Assembly (NCBI RefSeq): GCF_902713615.1
Contig: NC_052171.1
Location: forward strand, 1,612,001-1,676,000
DNA from: Scyliorhinus canicula
Lineage: Eukaryota
Direction of reading: 5' to 3'
Length of the DNA: 64,000 bases
The stretch's first letter is position 1. Every line of letters starts with the position of its first letter. Shown one piece after another: positions 26,801 through 48,247 of the stretch. Under the pieces are notes generated by a model. The model made no database searches and was not told the origin of the DNA. It saw only the letters and a program-made list of their open reading frames with translations. The position numbers and the translations under genes are program-made.

Positions 26801-27626
26801 CCGTGCTGCGCTCTGCCTGCTCCCTGTGCTGCACTCTGCCAGCTCCCTGTGCTGCGCTCTGCCTGCTCCCTGTGCTGCACTCTGCCAGCTCCCTGTGCTG
26901 CGCTCTGCCAGCTCCCTGTGCTGCGCTCTGCCTGCTCCCTGTGCTGCACTCTGCCAGCTCCCTGTGCTGCGCTCTGCCAGCTCCCTGTGCTGCACTCTGC
27001 CAGCTCCCTGTGCTGCACTCTGCCAGCTCCCTGTGCTGCACTCTGCCAGCTCCCTGTGCTGCACTCTCCCAGCTCCCTGTGCTGCACTCTGCCAGCTCCC
27101 TGTGCTGCACTCTGCCAGCTCCCTGTGCTGCACTCTGCCAGCTCCCTGGGCTGCACTCTGCCAGCTCCCTGTGCTGCACTCTGCCAGCTCCCTGTGCTGC
27201 ACTCTCCCAGCTCCCTGTGCTGCACTCTGCCAGCTCCCTGTGCAGCACTCTGCCAGCTCCCTGTGCAGCACTCTGCCAGCTCCCTGTGCTGCACTCTCCC
27301 AGCTCCCTGTGCTGCACTCTGCCAGCTCCCTGTGCTGCACTCTGCCAGCTCCCTGTGCTGCACTCTGCCTGCTCCCTGGGCTGCACTCTGCCAGCTCCCT
27401 GGGCTGCACTCTGCCAGCTCCCTGTGCTGCACTCTGCCAGCTCCCTGTGCTGCACTCTGCCAGCTCCCTGTGCTGCACTCTGCCAGCTCCCTGTGCTGCA
27501 CTCTGCCAGCTCCCTGTGCTGCACTCTGCCAGCTCCCTGTGCTGCACTCTGCCAGCTCCCTGTGCTGCACTCTGCCAGCTCCCTGTGCTATACTCTGCCA
27601 GCTCCCTGTGCTATACTCTGCCAGCT
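23809..27626 (+). repeat. 23-bp minisatellite (TGTGCTGCACTCTGCCAGCTCCC)n, about 166 copies
   Basis: Direct reading; 23-aa periodicity in all six ORF frames. Confidence 0.98.
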
Positions 27627-27679
27627 ATGCCCATTGCCACCCTGCCTCTTGCTCCCTCTCTGGTGAATTCTCTGCCTTT

Positions 27680-27760
27680 GAAAGGCGGAGCCGGTGGCCT
27701 TGGCCGCCTTTCCGCGACGTCACCGCGTCTATAAAAGGCGGCTGGGCGGGCTGGAGCGGG
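27680..27760 (+). promoter_or_regulatory. SLC20A1 core promoter: CRE-like GACGTCA (27716-27722), TATA box TATAAAAG (27730-27737), GC box GGGCGG (27744-27749)
   Basis: Motifs read directly; at the 5' edge of a CpG island (about 27680-28930). Confidence 0.75.
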
Positions 27761-28007
27761 AGATGGCGGACAGCTGGCGGTCAGGACAGTGACTTTGTCT
27801 CCGGAGCCGGACATTCAGCAGCGGACCCCCCCTCACCCCCCGGAGCGACCCTCTCCCTCCTCAAGCCCCCCTCCCCCGGTGCTGCGGCGCCGCCTCCCTT
27901 CCACCGCCGAGTGGGATTCAACTGACCTGAGAGCGCGGCAGCTGGGCCTTGCCGGCCGCGCTTCCAACTTCACCCTCGCACCGACTAGAATCGCATCGGT
28001 TTAATTG
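27760..28007 (+). other. SLC20A1: Probable non-coding exon 1 of SLC20A1 (start approximate)
   Basis: Starts about 30 nt downstream of TATAAAAG inside a CpG island; donor TTG|GTGAGT at 28008; partner acceptor TTTCCGCAG| at 30490. Confidence 0.75.
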
Positions 28008-28219
28008 GTGAGTGCGGTGATTGTTGTTGTCGGGGAGAGGACGGCGACACACGGATTGGGCTGGGGGGCGGGGGGGGCAGCAACAACCGCACGGGGCGGG
28101 CGGCGGATTCCGGAACAATCCGGCTGCGGCCTCCATTCATTCCACAGGCGGCGCGAGGGGGAGCTCGCGGCAATCAGCGGCCTCGGCTGGCAAACGGTCA
28201 TCGGCGCGAGATCCGGGCC

Positions 28220-28446
28220 GACTGTCCCCGCGGGGGGGGGGGGCTGTCCGCGCGCCCGCGGGGGGAGGGGGGCGACTGTCCGCGCGCCCGCGGGGGGGGG
28301 GGGGGCTGTCCGCGCGCCCGCGGGGGGGGGGGGGGCTGTCCGCGCGCCCGCGGGGGGGGGGGGCTGTCCGCGCGCCCGCGGGGGGGGGGGGGGCTGTCCG
28401 CGCGCCCGCGGGGGGGAGGACTGTCCGAGGGGGGGGGGGGGGGGGT
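28220..28446 (+). repeat. GC-rich tandem repeat (G)n-CTGTCCGCGCGCCCGC, about 7 units, SLC20A1 intron 1
   Basis: Direct reading. Confidence 0.9.
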
Positions 28447-28525
28447 GACGTGACCTCTGGGACTGCAGGCTGAGATGTGGGGGGTGGAATGTTGTCTGAG
28501 CATTGGGGGGGGGGGGGGGGTTAAT

Positions 28526-28594
28526 GGGTACCCCTGCCCACCCGGCGGGGTACCCCTGCCCACCCGGCGGGGTACCCCTGCCCACCCGGCGGGG
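28526..28594 (+). repeat. 22-bp tandem repeat GGGGTACCCCTGCCCACCCGGC x3
   Basis: Direct reading. Confidence 0.9.
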
Positions 28595-30491
28595 AGAGGA
28601 TGACCCTGCGGTGGGGGTGAGGCGGTCTCTCCTTTAGCTAGGATGGTGGGACACCTGTCGATGGGACTGATAGCGGCTGGAGAGCCGTTTGCCTGTCTGT
28701 CCTTCCCAGCCCCAGGAGGCAGATGGGTGGCTGGGTTGACAGATCTGCGCCCTGGGGGGGGAGCATCCTTTGCATCCTGTTTACTCTTGGAAACGTTGCA
28801 AAGAGGCGCGAAAAGGGATGGTGCTTTAAATTGAAAATAATAAATTGTCGACATCGAGCGCGTCGTGAAAATTGGGTTGGGCTCTTTAAATTTCGTCCAC
28901 AACGTCTGATCAAAGCGTCTGCCCACACGGATAATAGGCAGGATTTAGTTTTTAGCTTTTAGTTAAATTAAATGAGAAAATCGTTATCATTAAATGAGAA
29001 AATCGCAGTCGCAAGAGACTTGAGTGGAACCGCCGATTTCCATCAACCGAAGGGTTGGGCTGTAGAGCTTAGACTGAATAGATTCCGTGGCAAAAACACT
29101 TGACCGACAGCTTAAAGTTTTATTTCTGGAATCCACAAGCACCTGAGGACTACTCGTTGACACCACAGATCAACCAACTCCCTGAACCCCTCCATATCGC
29201 CCTCAAATTATGCCCTGTTTTGGTCGTCCTCTATTTGAAAGGAAGTACATTTGAGGAGTTGGTTTTTGGAGGAGTTACATTGAGAGCATTGTTTTTGAGT
29301 CGTTTTTAATATAAATTTAGAGTACTCAGTTTTTTTTTCAATTAAGGGGCACTTTAGCGTGGCAAATCCACGGTTGTGGGGGTGAAAACCATGCAAGCAC
29401 AGGGGGAATGTGCAAACTTCACATGGACAATGTTTTCTGAGTCTTTTGGACCATTGCATATCATGAGACCAATCTTTTTCACTGGTTGTAAGTAGCGAGC
29501 TGTGAGGAGATTCTCTTTCTTAAATGTCCGCTCCTCACAATAGAGACTCCCTGAGAGATGAATGTTAAATAAGAGACAGTTAAAGGCAAAATGGTACTTT
29601 ACAGGATGAGGAAAGGGAGTTCTAGAATAGTCCTTGATACCTGAAGAAATAGCCCTCGTTGTGCTCAATGCACAAAATGCTTTTTGAAGTAAGTACAGTT
29701 GAATAATGGAGTTACATTTGGACAAGAATTTTCTGTGTGCGCAGGATTGAGAGTTTGACAGCAGAAATCTGGATGAATGCGGTTTGTGGAATAGATAACA
29801 GAATTTTGAGAGCTGCATCTTGCTTTTGTTGGGGGGGGGGCAGAGGACTCAATTTTCTTCCCCACCCCCATGTGACCAATCACCTACCCTGCACATCTTT
29901 GCATTGTGGAGTGAGACCCACACAGACACTTGAGTGAGAATATGCAAACTCAACACGGACACTGGGCTGGATCGAAGCCGGGTCCTCGGTGCCGTGTGGC
30001 AGCAATGCTAATCACTGCGCCACTCGGAAAGAGTTCCGTGTATGTTGGCAGCCCCCTGGTATCTGCTGTAGAAAGCATCTATCATACAGTAGAAATGCAA
30101 TGCAGTTTGCACTTGATAGCTTAACTTGTATTTCCTGCTGAAATAACTAAATTTGATTTCTTGGAAAATGAATGACGACTTCATATCACCACTGCTGATA
30201 GATAGTATTTTAATGTTTTTGAACTGTAGCAATTTCAACAAACCTGCATATGTGATAGTCAAATCTCTCTGGTTTTGAACTGTACCAATTGAATCTGCTG
30301 TTTGAGAGGTGAAGTGATATTGTACTACATTTTCAGATTCACTTTTGGTTTATCTTCTAGATAGGAAGCAAATGATAGGGGTGAATGGGCTTATTGACCT
30401 AGTGTAGCGCTTTGGACCCATGTGGCATACATTGATTAATGGACAGATGGTATTCGATATTTATAGCATGTTCTCCTCTTATTTCCGCAGG

Positions 30492-30548
30492 ATGAAGAAC
30501 ATCCCAAATCTACTGTGTCCACAATGGGTTTCACTTCAATCATTCTAA
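30492..30548 (+). other. uORF1, 18 aa: MKNIPNLLCPQWVSLQSF*
   Basis: ATG at second base of exon 2; overlaps uORF2 in another frame; TAA at 30546-30548. Confidence 0.55.
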
Positions 30549-30601
30549 TTGTTGACTGTTGTAAAAACCGTCCAAGACAGACTATTAAACACAGTGGATA
30601 G
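30524..30601 (+). other. uORF2, 25 aa: MGFTSIILIVDCCKNRPRQTIKHSG*
   Basis: ATG in strong Kozak context (ACAATGG); TAG at 30599-30601. Confidence 0.7.
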
Positions 30602-30768
30602 CAATTACTGCTGCACAATACTTCAGTGTAGTGCATATTAATCTTCATTATTTAATCCAGTTATTTATTACATATCAAAATATTTTGTTACCTTATTTTG
30701 TATATTTAAGTCAATAGTATTTTTTTTAAAACTCAGTACCTCTAAAAGCATTACAAGCCCGAGTGACC

Positions 30769-41672
<10,904 letters not shown>

Positions 41673-42355
41673 ACAACTGCCCAAGCACCATCCATATTGA
41701 GGCAATGTTGCTGTGGCTATTACCCTGCTTCAGTAGAGCAAGTTATTCAGATTGTGAATCCTGTAAACCAGAAGTCAAAACAATCACTTGTCCAACTTTG
41801 CTGAATATGTGCTATACAAATTCTGTTTCCATCATTTTGTTTGTCTTGGAAATGTGATGAAGTACTTCAACTTGAGAAATCTTGTCTTTTTTTTTGTACA
41901 GTGAGTTTATTACTGCATGTTTTTAATTAACGAGGCATATTGCTATATAATACTGTGAACAATGAACTTGAGCTTCTTTAGAACATTTAACACTTGAAAC
42001 AAGTATGCATAAAGCACTGGGATTCTGATTGAGCCACTTGCATGTCTGCTTGGGGCAACATAGTACCAAAAAGTGCAAGATTCACATGCACTGTTCTTTT
42101 ACAAGTCTTCCATTTAAAACTGAAATTAGAAAAATATTTCTCATTTGTAAATGAAGTTAAATGTTCATTAAAGATTAGCAAGCCTTGCACTAGACTGGTG
42201 TGTTTTTTAAGATTGCAACAAAATACAGAATTGTGTTCAAGTCTTTGTATTTCCATAAGTCACATGTATGTTAAATTACATGTGGCTGCTTCAAAATATC
42301 CAACTTCAGGTTCAAATATTACTTCACTATACCAATGCAGTAAAAAGTCATGGAA

Positions 42356-42361
42356 AATAAA
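42356..42361 (+). terminator. Candidate SLC20A1 polyadenylation signal AATAAA (3' UTR about 0.7 kb)
   Basis: AATAAA downstream of an AU-rich 3' UTR and before TE-derived sequence. Confidence 0.45.
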
Positions 42362-42969
42362 ATCGTACCATTAGAAAGAAGGATGGGAGTGGTGTTGGAC
42401 AAGGATTGGTGCTGGGACTAATTTATTTGCACATGACTGATTGCAGTTGTAATTACAAACTGTACAGATGCAGCACATTTTGTCCAGAAAAGTTCCAAGT
42501 ACAAAAGAAACCTCGGATGATAAGACACGGGAGCAGAATTAGGACACTCGGTGCTCTATCATCGCTGATTGGGCATGCATGTGCAGTGCGGCTGTTTTTT
42601 TTTTAAACAGTTGCAGCTTCGTGTTTTAAAAGTTCGGGGAGGGGGTTTTATTCATTTAATTTTTTTTTCATTTATTTTATTCATTTTTTTTACAAGTTCG
42701 GGGGGAGGTTTATTTGATAAAATTTTACAGGGAAAAAATGCAGAACTTTGGAGAGATGGAGACTCCATACTTTCTGACACCGGAAGGCTTCACCTTCATC
42801 CGACAGGATCCATTGGAGGAGCGTGCACGAGGGCTGAAGGGACCCAAAACCATTTCTTCCATTTTTGTCAGCAGCAAACAAGGTAAGAGAAAAGGGTGGG
42901 TCGCTCGGGTCGACCAGTGTGGGTCTACGGTTGACTGGGTTGGGTCCCGAAGGTTGGCAAAAATGGGTC

Positions 42970-43400
42970 TATCTGTCTCAGAAATACTTAGTGATTTGCC
43001 CTCCACAGCCTTCTGCGCCAAAGCGTTCCACAGATTCACCACCCGCTGGCTGAAGAAATTCCTCATCTGTTTTAAAGGATCGTCCCTTTAGTCTGAATTT
43101 ATTCTCTGGTTATAGTTTTCCCTACAAGTGTAAATATCCTCACCACGTCCACTCTATCCAGGCCTCACAGTATCCTGTAAGTTCAATACGATCCCCTCCT
43201 CATCCTTCTAAACGGTAATGAGTACAGACCCAGAATCCACAACCATTCCTCGTACGACAAGCTGTTCATTCCAGGGATTGATCTTGTGAACCTCCTTTGG
43301 ACCCTTTCCGAGGCCAGCACATCCTTTCTTAGATACTATTTCCAAACTGCTCCAAATGTAGCTGCGACTGAACCGAGTCTTGTACCAGGTTTCAAAAGGT
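42970..43400 (-). mobile_element. Antisense CR1 3' fragment
   Basis: Minus-strand [16 protein letters not shown]. Confidence 0.75.
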
Positions 43401-46099
43401 ATCTGAAATGTTTGTTCAATTATTATTGCTGTGTGCAGTTCCAGTCATATTTTAGAACCCTACCCACACCAAACTCCTGGTGGGGGTATTACTCTAACTG
43501 CAAACAAAACAAGGGAGAGGGTTCAGATGAAGGAGTTTTGATAACTTTGAAAAAAGCCAATAATCATGAACACTAACAGAAGTGTCTAACACCAATTTTT
43601 TTGGGGTCATGCAGGACAAAAATAAGGTGATGAATCCTGGCTGGAAGTGAGTGCATGTAGCATTTGTAACGTTATGGCTATATTTATGCTGTAAATTGGA
43701 ATAAGTTGTTTCCTAGCCATATGGTGTCAAGAGCAGGCTGGTTATTTGTAGGTTATTTGACAGTGTGAGGCATGACATCAGTATATGGGTGAGCAAGCAT
43801 GTGGAGTTGAATAATCAAAACAATAAAAATAAGTGTGGTTTATTTGCCACCTGAAAAGAATTTGGCAGATTTTGGTCTTTTAGATTGGGCAAGTCAGATT
43901 GTGATGTCAAACTGGTTACAAAACAGCCTGGATATGTTACGTGAATTTACAACCGTATTCAAACAATAGGTTCTGAAATTAACCAGCAAACATACAATTG
44001 TGGATCTGGTCATGTCATGAGACTGGATTAATGCATGACTTGACAGAAAAGGATCCTTTATGTAAATGGTCATTGGGTTCAGAAATGTCAGTTAAATTCC
44101 TCATGGTAAGATAATATGGAAGCTGTAGCAGACATGAGAGAAATCAAATCTCTTATTTCATAGACCAGATTGCACCATCCCTCAATGGATACACTCATGG
44201 AAAAATAAGTTTTCAAAAATTGTTCCCAACTCAGGAGTAACTTAATATGGCCCAGCCTCCTACCCTGCAATCTTGGGAGTGTGAAGTTAAGATTCATGCG
44301 CACACTGGGAGAATGTGCAAACTCCACACGGACAGTGATCTGGGGCCAGGACCAAATCCATCTTTGCTGTCGTGAGACAGAAGTGCTAACCACTGCCACT
44401 CCTATCTATGGGAACAATGTCAAAGAAGCAACTAAAATAAAGATTTGTCCCTTCCAGGGTAATAATAAACAAGGCAATAGCAAAGATTTCAACAATATTT
44501 TACCTCAGCACAGTAAGAGACAAAATTGCATTGAAGGCTGACAAGTTGTTGCCCATCAGTTTTTTTGGGCACTGTTCTTTTAAAAAGTGGCTGTAATGAC
44601 AGGAAACCTTTTCAAGATTGCCGAGATTCTGGACTAGGCCCAGCAAATTGCAAAACTGCAAATGTAACAAAAAGGAGATGAAAAGCACAACCATAGACCA
44701 GTTGTGATTGAATAAATGCTCGAATAGCTAGACAATAGTGTCGAGCCAGTCTGATTTTGTGAAAGGGAAATAGTGTTTAATAAATTGATGTCAGAAGCAG
44801 GGTGAATAAAAGGATTCAGCAGTTGAATTCAAGGCATTGGACTATTTCCTATTTAGTGACATGGATGAAGAAACTAATATCGCCAAATTTGCTGATGAGA
44901 GAGGAGAGGTAATTTGTCAGGATGGGGTCTTAAGATCAGAACAATCCAAACAGGACATTTTATCTTGTAACTGAGGTAAGACATGCAAATTCTGAAGTCC
45001 TTGTCTTGCCTCACCAGAAACTCCATATCCTTAGTCTCCTTCCATCTTTTCCCACCTTCTATCATATTGGATTTAAAACAGTACTGCCACACCCTCTGCA
45101 ACGTGTCCAAACTGTGCTGCCGGGGCAGTAAGTGAAGGTTGCAGCTTCATGACTGGGACTGATGTTTGGTAGGTATGTGAAGTGTGAACATCATTGCAAT
45201 AGGTAGTGATGTACCTGGAAATTTGATTACAGATTCAACCGCTTCTCATGTTCTCATTCATCCCACCAAACAAAGCAAATTAATCTGAACTTGCAAGAGG
45301 AATCCTGGATGAGGTCCTAATTATTATCCAGTGGCTCTTGAATAACATAGTAGAGGGATTTTATGTAACATTAAATTCATATTTGGATGCGTAATAAGTG
45401 TAAACACCAGCTTGCAAGATAGTTACAGCAGTTGATCAATTCTATCTCCACAACACTTCACAGGAAGACTGTGGGAACTAGGAAGTAGAAAAGCAATTTG
45501 ACAGAGCTCTGAGACTGATCGAACATTTGCACTTTTGGGTAAGCTGTCTTGTGAAAGATGCAATTCCAAAAGATAACTTGGATCAAGAGGAATGTCGATT
45601 ACAGGGTCATTCTATCTTTCCTTCCTTGGATCCATCAGCAGCTTCAACGGTCTCTCGTGCGTTCAAACCTATTTGTGGAGATAGTTACAGCAGTTCTATC
45701 TTGCAAACTGGTTTGTACTTGCTTATAATCTCCAAGACTTGAACATCTATTTTACGCCTTTCCCTTTGTGTGCAGTTGTGATAGTGATTAACCTTGAAAT
45801 AGTACTACGACTTTTTTTGAACAAGTACCAGATATATTTGCAATATCCCAAGTGCCAACCCGGATTGGACACTCGCCATCGCGAGTGGTAAAGAAGGCTG
45901 TGAGCATGATCACTCAGATAAAAGCACTTCTGTTGGTACTGATACAGGATTTGAGTGAATGACGCATGGTCTCTATTACTTATCAGCATCAGACAAGGAT
46001 ATGGGCACACCCTTAACCAGGAACAGGTCCTGACAGAAACATTTAAAAAAGTTATTGAGGCATTTATGCATTTGCACATCAAATACAGTCACCAAACAA

Positions 46100-48065
46100 G
46101 CCAACAGGGCTGCAACTAACTAAATCAACTAAATATCCAATGTTCCCCCCCCCCCCCCCCCCCCCTGCTGCCATCATAACTGTTCTCAAAGAAGTCGATG
46201 AAAAGCTGCCATCTCTGGGCAAACCCCTCCACAGATCCTCTCAAAGCAAACTTTTATCTTTTCCAGCCTGGGAAACTGCCAAGTCACTCACCCACACCCC
46301 TGGTTTCGGCCCTCCCCAGACTCCATTCTAATAAGATCCGCTCCGGTTCCCAGTTCGAAGGCGCGAGAGGACAAATTTAATCTGCCGCTAGGAAAAGCCT
46401 TTAAATATCTGCAAGTACAAGCCGCCGCCACTGAGGATACAGGACAGGGTGGGCTCCAGCACCTGGGAAGGGAAGGTGTCGAATATCTACCAGGAACTAC
46501 AGGAGGCGGAGGAGCTCAAGTGCAAGTGGGAGGAGGAGCTAGGTGAAGAGTTAGAAGTGGTTCTCTGGGCAGGGTTAATTCCTCCTCATGTGCCATGCCC
46601 TGTCTAATTCAATTTAAGGTGGTCCACATGACGGCAGCGAGAATGAGCAAGTTTTTTGGGGTATGAGGTGCCCTGCAAACCATACCCACATGTTTTGGGT
46701 ATGCCTGGAGCTTAGAGAGTTCTGGCAAGGATTCGTGAGGGCAATGTCCAAGGTGCTTAACACATCGGGGCCGAGTCCAGAGATTGCGATCTTTGGAGTG
46801 TCAGAAGACCCGGGAGTTCGGGAGGGGGACGAAAGAGGCCGACATCTTGGCCTTTGCCTCCCTAGTAGCCCGGAGACGGATTTTATTAATGTGGAGGGAC
46901 TCGAAGCCCCAGAGTGTAGAGACTTGGGTTAACAACATGGCTGGGTTTCTCAGCCTCGAGAAAATAAAGTTTGCCTGAAGAGGGTCTACACTGGGGTTCT
47001 CTCGGAGGTGGCAGCCGTTCGTTGACTTTCTAGCGGGAAATTTAAATGTCAGCAGCAATCCGTAGGGGGGTGGGGGTGGAGTGAGTGCTTCATTGGGATG
47101 GTGTGGGAAGACTGGGTTGCGTGGGATAATATCTATTTAATTGTTATTGTATATTCTCTTTTTTGCACTATGTTAATGTTTTGTTATTACTGTTACTACT
47201 GTTTTATTATGAAAAATTCTGCAAAACCTTAATAAAAATACTTGTTTTAAACAAAATCCGTCTCCGGTTCACCAGGGAGGCAAAAGCCAAAACATCGGCC
47301 TCTCTCGCCCCCCTGGACTCTTCTGACACTCGAAAGATCGCCACTTCTGGACATGGGACCACCTTCACCGCCGGGCCTCCGACATCATCGGCAAACGTCC
47401 TCCCACTTGCGCTTCACTGCCCCAATCCATCAACTCCGTGTAAATTTCTGACACTTTAATCTCCCTACCCCTGTTCAGAAACATAACTGACAAGCAGTCC
47501 CAAAAATATGTAAACACTTGGATAAACTCTACTCATTACTTATTGGCGGGAGGTTTGCGGGCCTGGGGGAACTGGAAGATAAATTTGGGCTTCCCCAAGG
47601 GAACATGTTCAGATACTTGCAGGTAAAGGCGTTTGCTAGGCGACAGGTAGAGGGATTCCCTTTGCTGCCCTCGCAGGGGACGATGGACAGAGTGCTTTCG
47701 GGGGTGTGGGTCGGAGAGGGGAAGGTGTCTGACATCTATAAGGTAATGCAGGAGGTGGAGGAGTCGTCAGTGGAGGAGCTGAAGGCTAAATGGGAGGAGG
47801 AACTCGGGGAGCAGATAGAGGACGGGACTTGGACGGATGCCTTGGAGAGAGTCAACTCTTCCTCCTCATGTGCGAGGCTTAGTCTCATCCAATTTAAGGT
47901 GCTGCACCGGGCCCACATGTCCGGGACTAGGATGAGTAGGTTCTTTGGGGGTCAGGACAGGTGCACCAGATGTTCGGGGAGTCCAGCGAACCACGCCCAT
48001 ATGTTCTGGGCATGCCCAGCACTGGAAGAATTCTGGAAGGGGTGGCGGGGACGGTGTCGAGGGTC
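46100..48065. mobile_element. Cluster of nested L1-clade ORF2 3' fragments in both orientations
   Basis: ADILAFASLVARRRILL, CARLSLIQFKVLHRAH, HMFWACP; + copy 46350-47252 flanked by imperfect duplication AA(G/A)ATCCG(T)CTCCGGTTC. Confidence 0.85.
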
Positions 48066-48247
48066 ATGACATCACTTCCGCCAGATCATTTCTACGACGT
48101 CCAGGCTATCCCCAGCCGAGGTCCCGGCCAGGGGAATGACTCGACCCACTCGGCAACCTCCAATTACTTCAAGACAACCATCGAGAATACAATAATGTAG
48201 GACCAGTGCTAGGTGGGTCCACCTGACCACGAATATCTCTGTTCATT

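Larger units (their letters stand above)
30491..30768 (+). other. SLC20A1: 5' UTR part of SLC20A1 exon 2 (278 nt), with two uORFs and an AU-rich tract
   Basis: Polypyrimidine tract plus CAG ending at 30490; no obvious donor before the main ATG. Confidence 0.75.

Noticed and set aside
23809-27626. CRISPR-like regular array
   Set aside because: Head-to-tail units with no unique spacers, no cas genes, and vertebrate context.
23006-27925. Six overlapping 1288-1513 aa ORFs, including Cys-rich CCTLPAPCAALC repeats
   Set aside because: The 23-bp unit has no stop in any frame, so all frames give the same 23-aa repeat. No splice or codon evidence for a real protein.
28001-28926. Gly/Pro/Arg-rich ORFs in SLC20A1 intron 1
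   Set aside because: Products of GC-rich tandem repeats in the CpG island.
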